Shown piece by piece: positions 44,401 through 53,018 of a stretch of 64,000 nt of DNA (its first letter is position 1; each line of letters opens with the position of its first letter). This DNA is from a virus (taxonomy: Duplodnaviria; Heunggongvirae; Uroviricota; Caudoviricetes), in IMG/VR virus record IMGVR_UViG_3300035696_001272. The stretch is one strand, 5' to 3'. The notes under the pieces are model-generated. The model searched no databases, was not told the DNA's origin, and was given only the letters and a program-made list of their open reading frames with translations. A program made the translations under genes and the position numbers.

Positions 44401-44989
44401 GTATGCTCTAGAACAATATTATCTGGGCGAATCTTTTATCTGCAAGCCAGCTGTAGCTTATGGTCAATTTTTCAATGATGAACACACTACAGTGTCTGAT
44501 GTTAAAAAGTCTAAAGACAAAACTAACATCGATACTATCAAAGTGGTGGTACGAGACTTCTTCGAGTTTAGAGTAAAGAAGGAAGGCAAGTATTATGGTC
44601 AGGCTATGATCAAAGCCGTCGTTGAAGACAAGTTTGGTGAGCAGTGTACTTGCACAATCTTCCCAGATCGATGGAAAAATGTTCAGCAGAGAATTCAGGA
44701 AATTAACAAGAAGGCCGAGTTCGGTATAGGTATAGCATTGCACTTCTCTGGAAATACAAATAATTACGAAGATAATATGGGAATCATATTAGATCAATTA
44801 TTCAATATCGCTTTACCGCCTGGTTTACCCAGCGACTTGAAAGCTAAGAAGATCAACCTCAAAGAGGCTAAAGCCAAACTCAATATTACCGAAAAACCTA
44901 AGAGTCCTCAGGAGATACTCGATCAGATAGAGGATACTTTATATGATGAAGGACTCATCGATTTGGATGAAGAACCAGAGGACGATTGA
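41474..44989 (+). CDS. dnaE: DNA polymerase III alpha subunit
   Basis: PHP (LHNQTEFSILD, TDHG), GRGSVGGSL, FPDIDTDF, HAGG, KMDTLGL, YGFNMSH, C-terminal OB fold. Confidence 0.96.
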   Translation: MTDFVSLHNQTEFSILDSLITPKALFKRAKELGQTAVAVTDHGSLAGAWDAWKASKDTGVKLIIGCECYFQNDATNVNEKFRHIILLAKNATGYRNLLTLNKKGFDQSSFVGKRVYSVLDWKLLADHTEGLICLTACGNGIISQLLMNHKMDEAEKTLLKLKDFFGDNLGIEVQPNNMKRGSNIFNDEIDQQFLNRQLINLGKKHNVRVVAACNTHYLTKEESETHDVFLAIGSHQPIFSNYRLRYPVSDFYLKTGDEVKAFFTRNYGEETAQQLCDNSIYFANLCEKPEWIDPKFSNPTGKELPVFPVKDEPDYQNFLTWVSHQPENIQKLEEDKLFLRYRCNANFIAHTLIKEMQPSQIEQYQKRIDEELDVLEYHGFSSYMLIVADFIEWARKHEIAVGEGRGSVGGSLIAFLLGIHQADPIKYNLIFARFHNKEKSSFPDIDTDFAPSGREKVQNYLRKKYGEDHVAHVSNVNTITPKVYARDIARACELGGSKEASVKIGNEVADCIPSEIHSIDDALAKVPLFAEYAKKYPEFEKYKDICGKYRAWSTHAGGIIISARPLTGLVPLRKDKDGALAIEYDKDKAEENGLVKMDTLGLSTLDIIGQTMQLIKASGKTMPPNNLDYDEYDQLAYDIISNGDTFCVFQLGTSGGTIDLCRRIKPRSINDISYINSLARPSARDMRNDFILTKDGKKPFALLHPTLGRAFNNTFGFGLYEESLMYLAQDVAGWSLHSADRLRKLTKEKGKNPKKAQEWRAEFIKDAVVNDVNEAIAKRIWDEVVDKFQGYGFNMSHSILYSMTSYKTAYLKAHFPIEFLMANLMAEVKSNAPDARSNIEKIKKELRKHKVKVIAPNINKSQLVYTIEDGNQLITGLDAIKFVGEDAIKDIIEKRPFTDFADFMVRVSSKAVRANSIQALAACGALDSFGIPRKMMFLYCSDYRKKLQVWLKKHDPKVEQFVYPWPSEPEWSKPELYALEQYYLGESFICKPAVAYGQFFNDEHTTVSDVKKSKDKTNIDTIKVVVRDFFEFRVKKEGKYYGQAMIKAVVEDKFGEQCTCTIFPDRWKNVQQRIQEINKKAEFGIGIALHFSGNTNNYEDNMGIILDQLFNIALPPGLPSDLKAKKINLKEAKAKLNITEKPKSPQEILDQIEDTLYDEGLIDLDEEPEDD

Positions 44990-45082
44990 TATATACGATA
45001 TGGAATAATAACAAAATCGACGTTTTCATCAAAAAAAGATACAAATGATATCGGTTGTATACTAATAATAAGGGATGTAATC

Positions 45083-45967
45083 ATGCCGAAAATAAAATTG
45101 AAGGAATGGGCCGACAAACATAATCTGTCATACTTGACTGCAAACAGGCATTTTCATGCGGGTATGATACCTGGAGCTATGCAGCTTGATTCTGGTACCA
45201 TCCTTGTAGAAGATGATTCCCTGGAGCAAACAATGGCTGGTAGTACATCCAACGATGCAATGTCCCTTTTTCTGAGAAAGACAGTTGAGTTTAGTAAGAA
45301 CAATTCTTCAGTAGAAGACTTTGCAGCTTATGTTATTTCTAATTTCCAATTGAAACTCAATAGCATTTCAGATAGCCCCAAGTATTCTAAGAATAAACCA
45401 AAGGCCGAAGAAGTTCAGAAGCATTTTCAGAAATTCATTCCTGATCCAAAGAATGTTGAACACCTCAAGGCTGTCAAAACATTACTTAAGGAAGGCAAGA
45501 CCGCTGGTGACGTGGTGCCATCAAGTCTATCCCCAACATCTGGTGAACTACCAGAAGTATTTCCGACCGTTGATAATACTTCAAATGATTATTTCACACA
45601 ATCTTTAGATGAGGTTGAAGCTAACTTCAATTCCGTCTTCACAAGTTCCCCTACTGAAGGTCTGGTTACAAGAAGTGTTGATTGTAACACAACTCCACAA
45701 CAGATCAACTATACCGGCTCTACTAGCCAGACTTTCAGTGGTGGACCAACTTCTTCCATTATAAGTAGCAATATGGTAAGTAATAGTATTGGCGATTCTT
45801 TTGCCAACAATGATATGGGATGGCAATCAGGCGGTCTGTATTTTAACGGCCAGGGATCATTTCAACCTACCCAAAAAGAACTAATGTCTGCTGCCAAGGT
45901 TATAGAAACAGCCGAGACTGAGGACTTGCCTCGTAAGCGCGGCAGAAAACCATCTAAGAAGAGATAA
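45083..45967 (+). CDS. Protein with N-terminal IS607/MerR-type HTH and C-terminal AT-hook-like motif
   Basis: KLKEWADKHNLSYLTANRHFHAGMIPGAMQLDSGTILVE; PRKRGRKP. Confidence 0.6.
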   Translation: MPKIKLKEWADKHNLSYLTANRHFHAGMIPGAMQLDSGTILVEDDSLEQTMAGSTSNDAMSLFLRKTVEFSKNNSSVEDFAAYVISNFQLKLNSISDSPKYSKNKPKAEEVQKHFQKFIPDPKNVEHLKAVKTLLKEGKTAGDVVPSSLSPTSGELPEVFPTVDNTSNDYFTQSLDEVEANFNSVFTSSPTEGLVTRSVDCNTTPQQINYTGSTSQTFSGGPTSSIISSNMVSNSIGDSFANNDMGWQSGGLYFNGQGSFQPTQKELMSAAKVIETAETEDLPRKRGRKPSKKR

Positions 45968-45969
45968 CT

Positions 45970-46950
45970 ATGAAATTGCAAGAATTATTCCAAAAGGGCG
46001 CCTCTCAAACTTTCAAAGATTTTTTGGACAAAAATCCAGAACTTGTGAGGAAGTATGTTGATACTAGCATTGTAGCATTGAACTATGTTCTAGTTCCAGT
46101 TACTACTTTTGTAAAGCACCTACTTACTGTTAAAGGGTTAGATCCTAACTCTGAGCCTGGTAAGCAAGAATTGTTAGCCTTACTAGGAGTTTTTGAAAAG
46201 TTTCATCAAAGTGAATACGATGATGATTATGACGTTTCTTGGGTTCAAAAGAAATTCGATAAAGTTCGTGAAGATGCAAGATGGGGAGATTTAACTCAAG
46301 AAACATTTGTGGGTCTCACTGACATTTCTAATTTAACAAGAAGTGAATCTAGTGGCCCATTCACCATTGACCAAGAAGTCAATCAAATTGCTCCCGTTTC
46401 TGCCAAAAGAGAAATTCCTTTGATAGATGAGGATCAAGAGCGTGAGAACCTAAAAGCCGAGTTGAAGAGTATTAGTCAGCATGCTGATCAATACATAAAG
46501 GGAGAAGTTGCCACATTTAATCCTGGTGATGCACTCCAACAACTAGTAGATATTGCACAAAAAGCTGGCGTATTTGACGCCAAAAAAGAAAAAACAACTA
46601 AGAAGAAGCCTGGTATTAAAACCACCAAGAAAAAGTTAAACAAGAAGATTACTAGAAAACCAACCCCAGGTATCAAGGAATCAGTTTCTACTCCTGTGGT
46701 AAATCTAGATAATCCAGAAGATCGTAAAGAATTCCGAGCCCAATTAGCCGGGAAAGCTGAGAAGGCCCAAGCTTTAACGGCCAAACTGGTAAAGATGAAT
46801 CTACTACCAAATGATGCAGTCGCTATTGCAGAGCAGGTAGCACAGAATATGATGTTAAATGACGACGCTCTCGAATCTCTAGAGAGAGTATTAGATAAGA
46901 TGGACAAGCCTCAGAAATCTAATTTCAAAGGCAGTTTTAGAAGGTATTAA
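45970..46950 (+). CDS. Hypothetical protein with Lys-rich linker
   Basis: ORF. Confidence 0.7.
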   Translation: MKLQELFQKGASQTFKDFLDKNPELVRKYVDTSIVALNYVLVPVTTFVKHLLTVKGLDPNSEPGKQELLALLGVFEKFHQSEYDDDYDVSWVQKKFDKVREDARWGDLTQETFVGLTDISNLTRSESSGPFTIDQEVNQIAPVSAKREIPLIDEDQERENLKAELKSISQHADQYIKGEVATFNPGDALQQLVDIAQKAGVFDAKKEKTTKKKPGIKTTKKKLNKKITRKPTPGIKESVSTPVVNLDNPEDRKEFRAQLAGKAEKAQALTAKLVKMNLLPNDAVAIAEQVAQNMMLNDDALESLERVLDKMDKPQKSNFKGSFRRY

Positions 46951-46951
46951 T

Positions 46952-47455
46952 ATGAATTTCTTCAAAAGATTTTATCTCAGCTTAGTTACATGGTTTGCTA
47001 CTTTTCTAATGAATCGTACCAATGCTGTTTTGCGCTATTTGATTGTGTTGAAGGGCAAAGACCCAGATTACGTAGCGCCACCACCTCCTCCTGCCTACTC
47101 TGAAGTTAATGATCCCCGTGGGACACCTTTCCCAACGGTAGAAGAGAGCAAGGCTGCTTGGATGGTTGATCTGAAGGCTCGTCCTAGTTTGCAGGCTTTC
47201 GTTTCAAGCGACACTTTTGTTAAGGATAACTCGAAACATCCTGTTCTTTTATCTCGTAAATCCTATGAAGAAAAGCAAGCTAAACTAGCTGCTCAAAAGG
47301 CAGTTAAATCAATTCCTGTTACTATCGTTTCTCCTCCAATCACAACCGATGTTACTGAAATAGGTGGTGACGCTATTGATTCTTTGAGGGAAGCCGTTAA
47401 TGGTATGGAACAAAGTTTAGGAATAACATCTCCTTCTGAAACAGATAAGGATTAA
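46952..47455 (+). CDS. Hypothetical protein
   Basis: ORF. Confidence 0.65.
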   Translation: MNFFKRFYLSLVTWFATFLMNRTNAVLRYLIVLKGKDPDYVAPPPPPAYSEVNDPRGTPFPTVEESKAAWMVDLKARPSLQAFVSSDTFVKDNSKHPVLLSRKSYEEKQAKLAAQKAVKSIPVTIVSPPITTDVTEIGGDAIDSLREAVNGMEQSLGITSPSETDKD

Positions 47456-47456
47456 G

Positions 47457-48284
47457 ATGAAGTGCATATCTTGTGAAATAGACATCAATCCACAGTGGAA
47501 ACACGCCATTGATATGAACGTGTGTCCATTTTGTGGCAAACACATAATGGAAGAGCACCTTAAGAATTTGTTAACTTCCTTGCGTGAAAACATGGAATCC
47601 TTGCAACAATATTCTGCACAGTTGGATGATTTCTTACTGTCTAATTACAATTACATTAAGACAGACTCCCCAAGTCTCAGAAACTATTTGCCAAAAGAAG
47701 CCATTAAAGAAATGCGCAGAGAAATTGACGATGCTGAGTTCCAGGAGAAAAAGAAGTCCATTGTCAAGATTAAAGCACTTGATGAAAACGGTGAAGTGGT
47801 AGAGCAAGAAGTGGTTGTAGAAAAAGTCCAATCGGATGCCAAAGCTGCAGGATTTTTCGATAGGGCAGAAGCTCTCAAGACCACAGACAGGGACAAAAAG
47901 GACGCTCCTAAAAGTGTCGCAGAAAAAACTAGAGATCTTAAAGCAATGGCAGAGCGAATCAAAGCCGAAGGAGCCCTCAGCACCAACGAAGGTGGTATGG
48001 CATCTATGATTAGTCCTGATATGCTAGATCAAGCCGATCCAGACGCTGTGGCAGAATTTCAGTCGCAGATTGCTGGTGGTGATATAGTTGCTTCAGGTTT
48101 GCCAGAATCCGCTACTGGCGACGATGATGAAATTCCATCAATAGTTCTATCTATGGCCTCTAGAGCCGCTAACAAGTCTAGCTCCCAAGACAAGGATTTA
48201 AAGACTTTGCACGAGATGCAAAACAAAGTAGCAAACGCTCAAAAACGATTGAACTCTGGTAAAGGCGGCTTCTCTAGAACGTAA
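47457..48284 (+). CDS. Hypothetical protein with N-terminal zinc ribbon
   Basis: CISC...CPFCG. Confidence 0.7.
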   Translation: MKCISCEIDINPQWKHAIDMNVCPFCGKHIMEEHLKNLLTSLRENMESLQQYSAQLDDFLLSNYNYIKTDSPSLRNYLPKEAIKEMRREIDDAEFQEKKKSIVKIKALDENGEVVEQEVVVEKVQSDAKAAGFFDRAEALKTTDRDKKDAPKSVAEKTRDLKAMAERIKAEGALSTNEGGMASMISPDMLDQADPDAVAEFQSQIAGGDIVASGLPESATGDDDEIPSIVLSMASRAANKSSSQDKDLKTLHEMQNKVANAQKRLNSGKGGFSRT

Positions 48285-48294
48285 GGTAAGATAA

Positions 48295-48588
48295 ATGCCT
48301 CTCAAGATTATTGACAACAAAAAAGTGGAAATGACTGATGATGAATGGACGATGTACCAAAAAATCGTTAAGTCCTATACTACTATGATGAACAAGGGCG
48401 AAGATTTGTTTATCGATCTTTTTGAGTCAAATGATGAGGGTATCATTATGTTCCTCAAGCCTCCTTCCAAACGCCAAACTAGTTTGGAAGTATTCTTATT
48501 TCTGATGGCCTTAATGCAGCATCAGCACCTGCGTATGATGCACAAACAGGTGGACGAAGTAGTGGCCGAGTTAAAGAAGAAAAAATAA
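48295..48588 (+). CDS. Hypothetical protein
   Basis: ORF. Confidence 0.65.
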   Translation: MPLKIIDNKKVEMTDDEWTMYQKIVKSYTTMMNKGEDLFIDLFESNDEGIIMFLKPPSKRQTSLEVFLFLMALMQHQHLRMMHKQVDEVVAELKKKK

Positions 48589-48653
48589 TTCGCTAAAGCA
48601 ATTTTTGTCGAGAAAAAGTTCGACTAATTATATATTACAGAAGGAAGACAGAC

Positions 48654-49160
48654 ATGAGCCAACAAGTAAGACTTGGCGATCTTTTAGGGTCTAACCTAGT
48701 GGAAGACTTTAGAAATTTCGACCTAACGGAGATACAGGAAGTATTAGAACAACTCAGGGAAACAGACGCAATAGATTTGGCTCACGCTGAACTTTTGCAA
48801 CAGAAGGCACTTAGATGTGCAGACATCATGGCAGAATATCTGGCCAAGATGGTAAAGACGATAAGTTATCTAGAATCGCAAGTAAATAGCATAAAGAACA
48901 GAGTGTCTTTAGAATATGTAGCTCCTGATGGGGCACGAACGACAGTAGACATGAAGAAATGGGCAGCAGAATCATCGCCCGATGTAGAACAAGCGTATAT
49001 TAAACTAGGAGATGCTAAAGGCGGCAAGATGGCGCTGGACCGAAAATACGAGATTTTGATCAAGGCACACCACCATTTTAAAGATATTGCGGGTGGCATG
49101 CGCAAGACGATCCTCGGATATAGTTCAGGCACATCGAACGCGGCCGAAGGCTACGAATGA
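48654..49160 (+). CDS. Helical protein, possibly UvsY-like recombination mediator
   Basis: All-helical, similar size to UvsY, directly upstream of the recA-like gene; weak resemblance only. Confidence 0.4.
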   Translation: MSQQVRLGDLLGSNLVEDFRNFDLTEIQEVLEQLRETDAIDLAHAELLQQKALRCADIMAEYLAKMVKTISYLESQVNSIKNRVSLEYVAPDGARTTVDMKKWAAESSPDVEQAYIKLGDAKGGKMALDRKYEILIKAHHHFKDIAGGMRKTILGYSSGTSNAAEGYE

Positions 49161-50365
49161 TGGGAGATAAAATGTCAGATGATAAGAAAAAGAAAAGCGA
49201 CACGCTAACGAGTTTTTTTAAGAGTTTTGCAGAAGCCGACGAATTACTAGACTTCAGAATGGCCCATGAAACAGTTGGTCAAAAGTTACCAGTTACATCC
49301 ACGGGTTCTCTCGCATTAGATGATGCACTCTCTTCTGGCGGAATCCCTAAAGGCAGACTAATTCAATATTACGGTCCTGCCGGTTCTGGCAAAACCATGA
49401 TGGCCATGTTAGCCATCAAAGAAGCTCAGATGGCAGACCCTTCTGCCCAGCAAATGTTTATTGACGCAGAAGGAACCTTCGATCCAAATTGGGCAGAGAC
49501 GTTAGGATTGGATACATCACGCATTATCGTGGTGGACCAAGAGACGGCTGTTATTGGACGCAAGTGCTTTGAAATGATCCTTGGCGTTCCCAAGGAAGAC
49601 AAGAAGACTCACGAATTGGTAGGCAAGCAAAAAGACGGTTTGTTAGACCTAATCATGGCTGGCGAGTTGAACATCAATATGGTCGTTCTAGACTCGTTAG
49701 GTGCCATCATGCCACCAGGCGAAGATATCTCTAGAGTTGGCAAGATGAACATGTCTCTGTTGGCCAGATTCTTGACCACCACCTTCCGTAAGCTGTCATT
49801 AGACGCTAACAAAGCGAAGGTACCATTCATCTTCATCAACCACAAGAAAGATGGAATGGATCCATATGGTGCTGACCATACATTCTCTGGCGGTAACAGC
49901 TACTCTCACTTTTTGTCTGTCAACGTTTACTTCGAGGCAGCCACAGCGAAGGATAAGCTCATTCTAGACGAAAAAGAAAATAGAATTGGTGCCACCATTC
50001 GCGCTGCTATCGAAAAATCAAAGTTCGGACCTTGGCCACGCAAGTGTGAATTTAAGGTGAACTTTGGAATCGGTGTTATAGACAGGCACGAGGAAATCGC
50101 ACAGCTCGCCAAAGACTATGGCGTCATTCAAATGACCTCCACAGTTTCTCATGAATATGGCGACAAAAAGTGGGTTGGATTTCCAAAATTGTGTGAAGCA
50201 ATTAAAGATGATCCAGCATTAGCTAATGAGTTAACTATAAAGATTGGTGAAGCTCGTGATGCTAAGATGGAAGCAGCAAGAAAAGAACAAGAAGCTAAAA
50301 AGAATGGCGTAACTGTTTCTGATCAAGCTGTTGAAGAAGCCAAAAAGAGCAAGAAGGGTAAGTAA
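49157..50365 (+). CDS. recA: RecA/UvsX-like recombinase
   Basis: STGSLALDDALSSGGIPKGR, YGPAGSGKT, FIDAEG, VVLDSLGA, IFINH, GG....HF. Confidence 0.92.
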   Translation: MMGDKMSDDKKKKSDTLTSFFKSFAEADELLDFRMAHETVGQKLPVTSTGSLALDDALSSGGIPKGRLIQYYGPAGSGKTMMAMLAIKEAQMADPSAQQMFIDAEGTFDPNWAETLGLDTSRIIVVDQETAVIGRKCFEMILGVPKEDKKTHELVGKQKDGLLDLIMAGELNINMVVLDSLGAIMPPGEDISRVGKMNMSLLARFLTTTFRKLSLDANKAKVPFIFINHKKDGMDPYGADHTFSGGNSYSHFLSVNVYFEAATAKDKLILDEKENRIGATIRAAIEKSKFGPWPRKCEFKVNFGIGVIDRHEEIAQLAKDYGVIQMTSTVSHEYGDKKWVGFPKLCEAIKDDPALANELTIKIGEARDAKMEAARKEQEAKKNGVTVSDQAVEEAKKSKKGK

Positions 50366-50367
50366 TT

Positions 50368-50718
50368 ATGCCAATTGATTTAGGACCAAATAGCTTGACT
50401 GGAAGTGGGGCGCCTACTTTAAAGAAGCCGCCATTTCTAATTACGTTAGAAAGAACTGAAGGCAAACAGCATATTGTTGAAAGATTTATTTCTTTAGATA
50501 AGCCAGAGTCTCTAAATGGTTTTATTCAAGTAAAGGGAATTTTCTGTGAAAAGGCAGAAGATGAAATAATCAAATCCTTTAGTTCCATCTTGACAAGTAC
50601 TCCCAAAGAATTAATTTTGGAGATGATGTTCCCGTTGCACAGAATTATCCACATTAGAAGTTTGGTCTTCAATGCAGTTAAAACTACAACTACGGTAAGT
50701 CCGTCAACAGACAAATAA
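50368..50718 (+). CDS. Hypothetical protein
   Basis: ORF. Confidence 0.65.
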   Translation: MPIDLGPNSLTGSGAPTLKKPPFLITLERTEGKQHIVERFISLDKPESLNGFIQVKGIFCEKAEDEIIKSFSSILTSTPKELILEMMFPLHRIIHIRSLVFNAVKTTTTVSPSTDK

Positions 50719-50743
50719 TTACAAATAAGGAAGTGAGTAATAA

Positions 50744-51058
50744 ATGACACGTAAGAGGAATATGCGCAGAACCGAGAACTGGTCTGCATCAGATATAAGT
50801 GAAATTGTGTTTCGTGGTATCAATTCGATTATGGAAGGACAATCTGGAAGCAACTGGACTGGAACGATGACGAATTTGACAACTGCTCTCAACAGAGTTT
50901 TGAGCAAGCGTCAAAGGACTTTTCTACCCGGTTCCCCAGGTGCTCTCAGAGTGGTCATTAACAGAGTAGTCAATAGACTGCGCAATAGAGGTATCGGCGT
51001 AAGATTTGGCCGAACCACTGACCATGCACGCACTCGTTTCGTAAGATTTACACGCTAA
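50744..51058 (+). CDS. Small basic putative DNA-binding protein
   Basis: WTGTMTNL...PGSPGALRVVINR...LRNRGIGVRFGR. Confidence 0.6.
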   Translation: MTRKRNMRRTENWSASDISEIVFRGINSIMEGQSGSNWTGTMTNLTTALNRVLSKRQRTFLPGSPGALRVVINRVVNRLRNRGIGVRFGRTTDHARTRFVRFTR

Positions 51059-51145
51059 TGTGTTGAATGAATTACGATCGATGTTTTGTTAAGAAGAAAC
51101 GTACCTTAGTGTACAATAGAAAAAAAATAACAGTAGGAGATCAAT

Positions 51146-51865
51146 ATGACTACATTCGGTGAAGTATCTTGGAATGATGATGTTTTTGCAGGTGAAGGTG
51201 GTAAAAAGACCACTAACAGTAAGGATTTATTCCTTAGACTAGATGAAGGCGCAAACGAGGTTAGAATCCTCACCCAGCCCTTTCAGTACTTCGTTCACAA
51301 GTACAAGAAGGAAGGTGATGCAGGTTTTGGACAAAAAGTTCAATGCTCTGCCATTCATGGAAGCTGCCCACTTTGTGCAACGGGTGATAAGGCTAAGCCA
51401 CGTTGGTTGCTCGGTGTAATAAGCCGTAAGACCAACTCTTACAAGATTTTGGACATTTCTTTTGCTGTGTTTTCTCAAATCAGAAAATACAACAAGAACC
51501 CAAAGTTCGGTGACCCAAGCAAGTATGATATCAACATTGAAGTTGATAAGAACGGTGGAGCAACTGGCTACTACTCAGTACAAGCCATGAGCAAAGAACC
51601 ACTATCCGCTGCTGATCAAGTAATTAAAGACGGCCAAGTTGATATGGATGATCTCAAACGTAGAGTGACTCCTCCATCTCCTGAGATTGTTCAGAAGAGA
51701 TTGGATAAGATCAATGGTGTTGCCACTAGCACTGCTCCAGTAGCTGCTAAGACAACTACCAAAGCCGCAACGCCAAAGGCTGTTACTCCAGCCGTCAGCA
51801 TGACAGATGATGAGGAGTTGGAGAATTCCTTCCCTTCTTATGAAGGCGACTCTTCTCAATCATAA
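51146..51865 (+). CDS. Phage single-stranded DNA-binding protein (gp32-like)
   Basis: FLRL..G.N.VRIL, CS....SCPLC, GDP...YDI.I.....G..T.Y.V, acidic C-terminal tail; AGGAG SD. Confidence 0.75.
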   Translation: MTTFGEVSWNDDVFAGEGGKKTTNSKDLFLRLDEGANEVRILTQPFQYFVHKYKKEGDAGFGQKVQCSAIHGSCPLCATGDKAKPRWLLGVISRKTNSYKILDISFAVFSQIRKYNKNPKFGDPSKYDINIEVDKNGGATGYYSVQAMSKEPLSAADQVIKDGQVDMDDLKRRVTPPSPEIVQKRLDKINGVATSTAPVAAKTTTKAATPKAVTPAVSMTDDEELENSFPSYEGDSSQS

Positions 51866-51888
51866 TCAACATCAGTCCCTAGATATCA

Positions 51889-51926
51889 AAAAGGTCCATA
51901 ACTAACGTTGTGGGCCTTTTCTTTTT
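51889..51926 (+). terminator. Intrinsic terminator after the SSB gene
   Basis: AAAAGGTCCATAAC-taac-GTTGTGGGCCTTTT followed by CTTTTT. Confidence 0.75.
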
Positions 51927-51945
51927 GACCGATATATTACCAAGT

Positions 51946-52506
51946 ATGACAAAAACTATACTTGGATTTGATGCTTCTTCGACCACTATTGGATATTGTG
52001 TACTAAGTTGGGAAGAAGAAACTAATGCTATCAGCTTTGTAAAAGCAGGCTACATAAAGCCAGAAAAAGAAGGCTCTATTATAGAACGTATAGTAGATAC
52101 TAGAAATGAAGTTCAAAAGGTTATTGTAGACTCCAAACCTGACTTTATCGCTATTGAAGAGATTATTAAGTTCATGAAGGGTCATAGTACTGCCCAAACC
52201 ATTATTATGCTAACTACTTTCAATAGAATGATTGGATTGACTTCTTATGACTATTTAGGTAAATCTCCTACTCTTTATAGTGTAATGACAATTCGTCATG
52301 GTTTGAAGACCGGCAAAGATTTACCAAAAAAAGAAGATATGCCGGCTCTTGTGGCAAATCATTTAGGAATTACATTTCCTTACGAGTACAATAAAAAGGG
52401 CAAGATAAAAGTTGAAAGTTACGACAAAGCCGATGGTGTTGCTGTCGCCCTTTATCACGCATTTGTGTTGGCTGGAAAAGTCAAGCGCAAGGGTAAGAAA
52501 AAATGA
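51946..52506 (+). CDS. RuvC-like Holliday junction resolvase
   Basis: ILGFDASSTTIGY, IAIEE, YDKADGVAVA. Confidence 0.85.
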   Translation: MTKTILGFDASSTTIGYCVLSWEEETNAISFVKAGYIKPEKEGSIIERIVDTRNEVQKVIVDSKPDFIAIEEIIKFMKGHSTAQTIIMLTTFNRMIGLTSYDYLGKSPTLYSVMTIRHGLKTGKDLPKKEDMPALVANHLGITFPYEYNKKGKIKVESYDKADGVAVALYHAFVLAGKVKRKGKKK

Positions 52507-53018
52507 AAATTTGTTCTATTTGCCATATAGAAAAAGAAAACCACTGTTTCATTAGAGGTAATGCAACGCCAGTATGCAAGTCTTGTAAAGATAAACGTCG
52601 CAGAGAATATGCAAAGAGATATCGACAAGATAACAAAGACAAAATTTTGCTCAAAAACAAGCTCTATAAAAAGAGGCGTAGGTCCGATGATCCGTCTTTT
52701 AGATTGGCAAACAACTGTTCAAGAATGATTAATTTAGCATTAAATGGTAATAAAAATAATTATTCAATTTGGGATTTTCTTCCATATACCGTAAGTGAGC
52801 TAAAGAGTCACTTAGAGTTTCAATTTGACGAATGTATGAGCTGGGACAATTATGGTAGTTATTGGCATCTTGATCATATTACTCCACAGTCTAGTTTCTT
52901 CTATACATCTATGAAAGATGATGATTTTCTGAAGTGTTGGTCATTGACTAATTTGCGACCTTTAGAGGCAATCGAAAATATTAAAAAATCCAACAGGTTG
53001 ATTTATGAAATTGAGTGA
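52503..53018 (+). CDS. Free-standing HNH-type (homing-like) endonuclease
   Basis: CSIC...CKSC; WHLDHITP...CWSLTNLRPL...NIKKSN. Confidence 0.75.
   Translation: MKICSICHIEKENHCFIRGNATPVCKSCKDKRRREYAKRYRQDNKDKILLKNKLYKKRRRSDDPSFRLANNCSRMINLALNGNKNNYSIWDFLPYTVSELKSHLEFQFDECMSWDNYGSYWHLDHITPQSSFFYTSMKDDDFLKCWSLTNLRPLEAIENIKKSNRLIYEIE

Noticed and set aside
41474-44989. Intein or intron in dnaE (also checked recA, topA, primase)
   Set aside because: Lengths are normal, and no C/S...HN-C/S/T splice junctions or LAGLIDADG blocks were seen.
45083-45200. IS607 insertion sequence
   Set aside because: Only the HTH is present; no serine-recombinase catalytic domain, tnpB or element boundaries.
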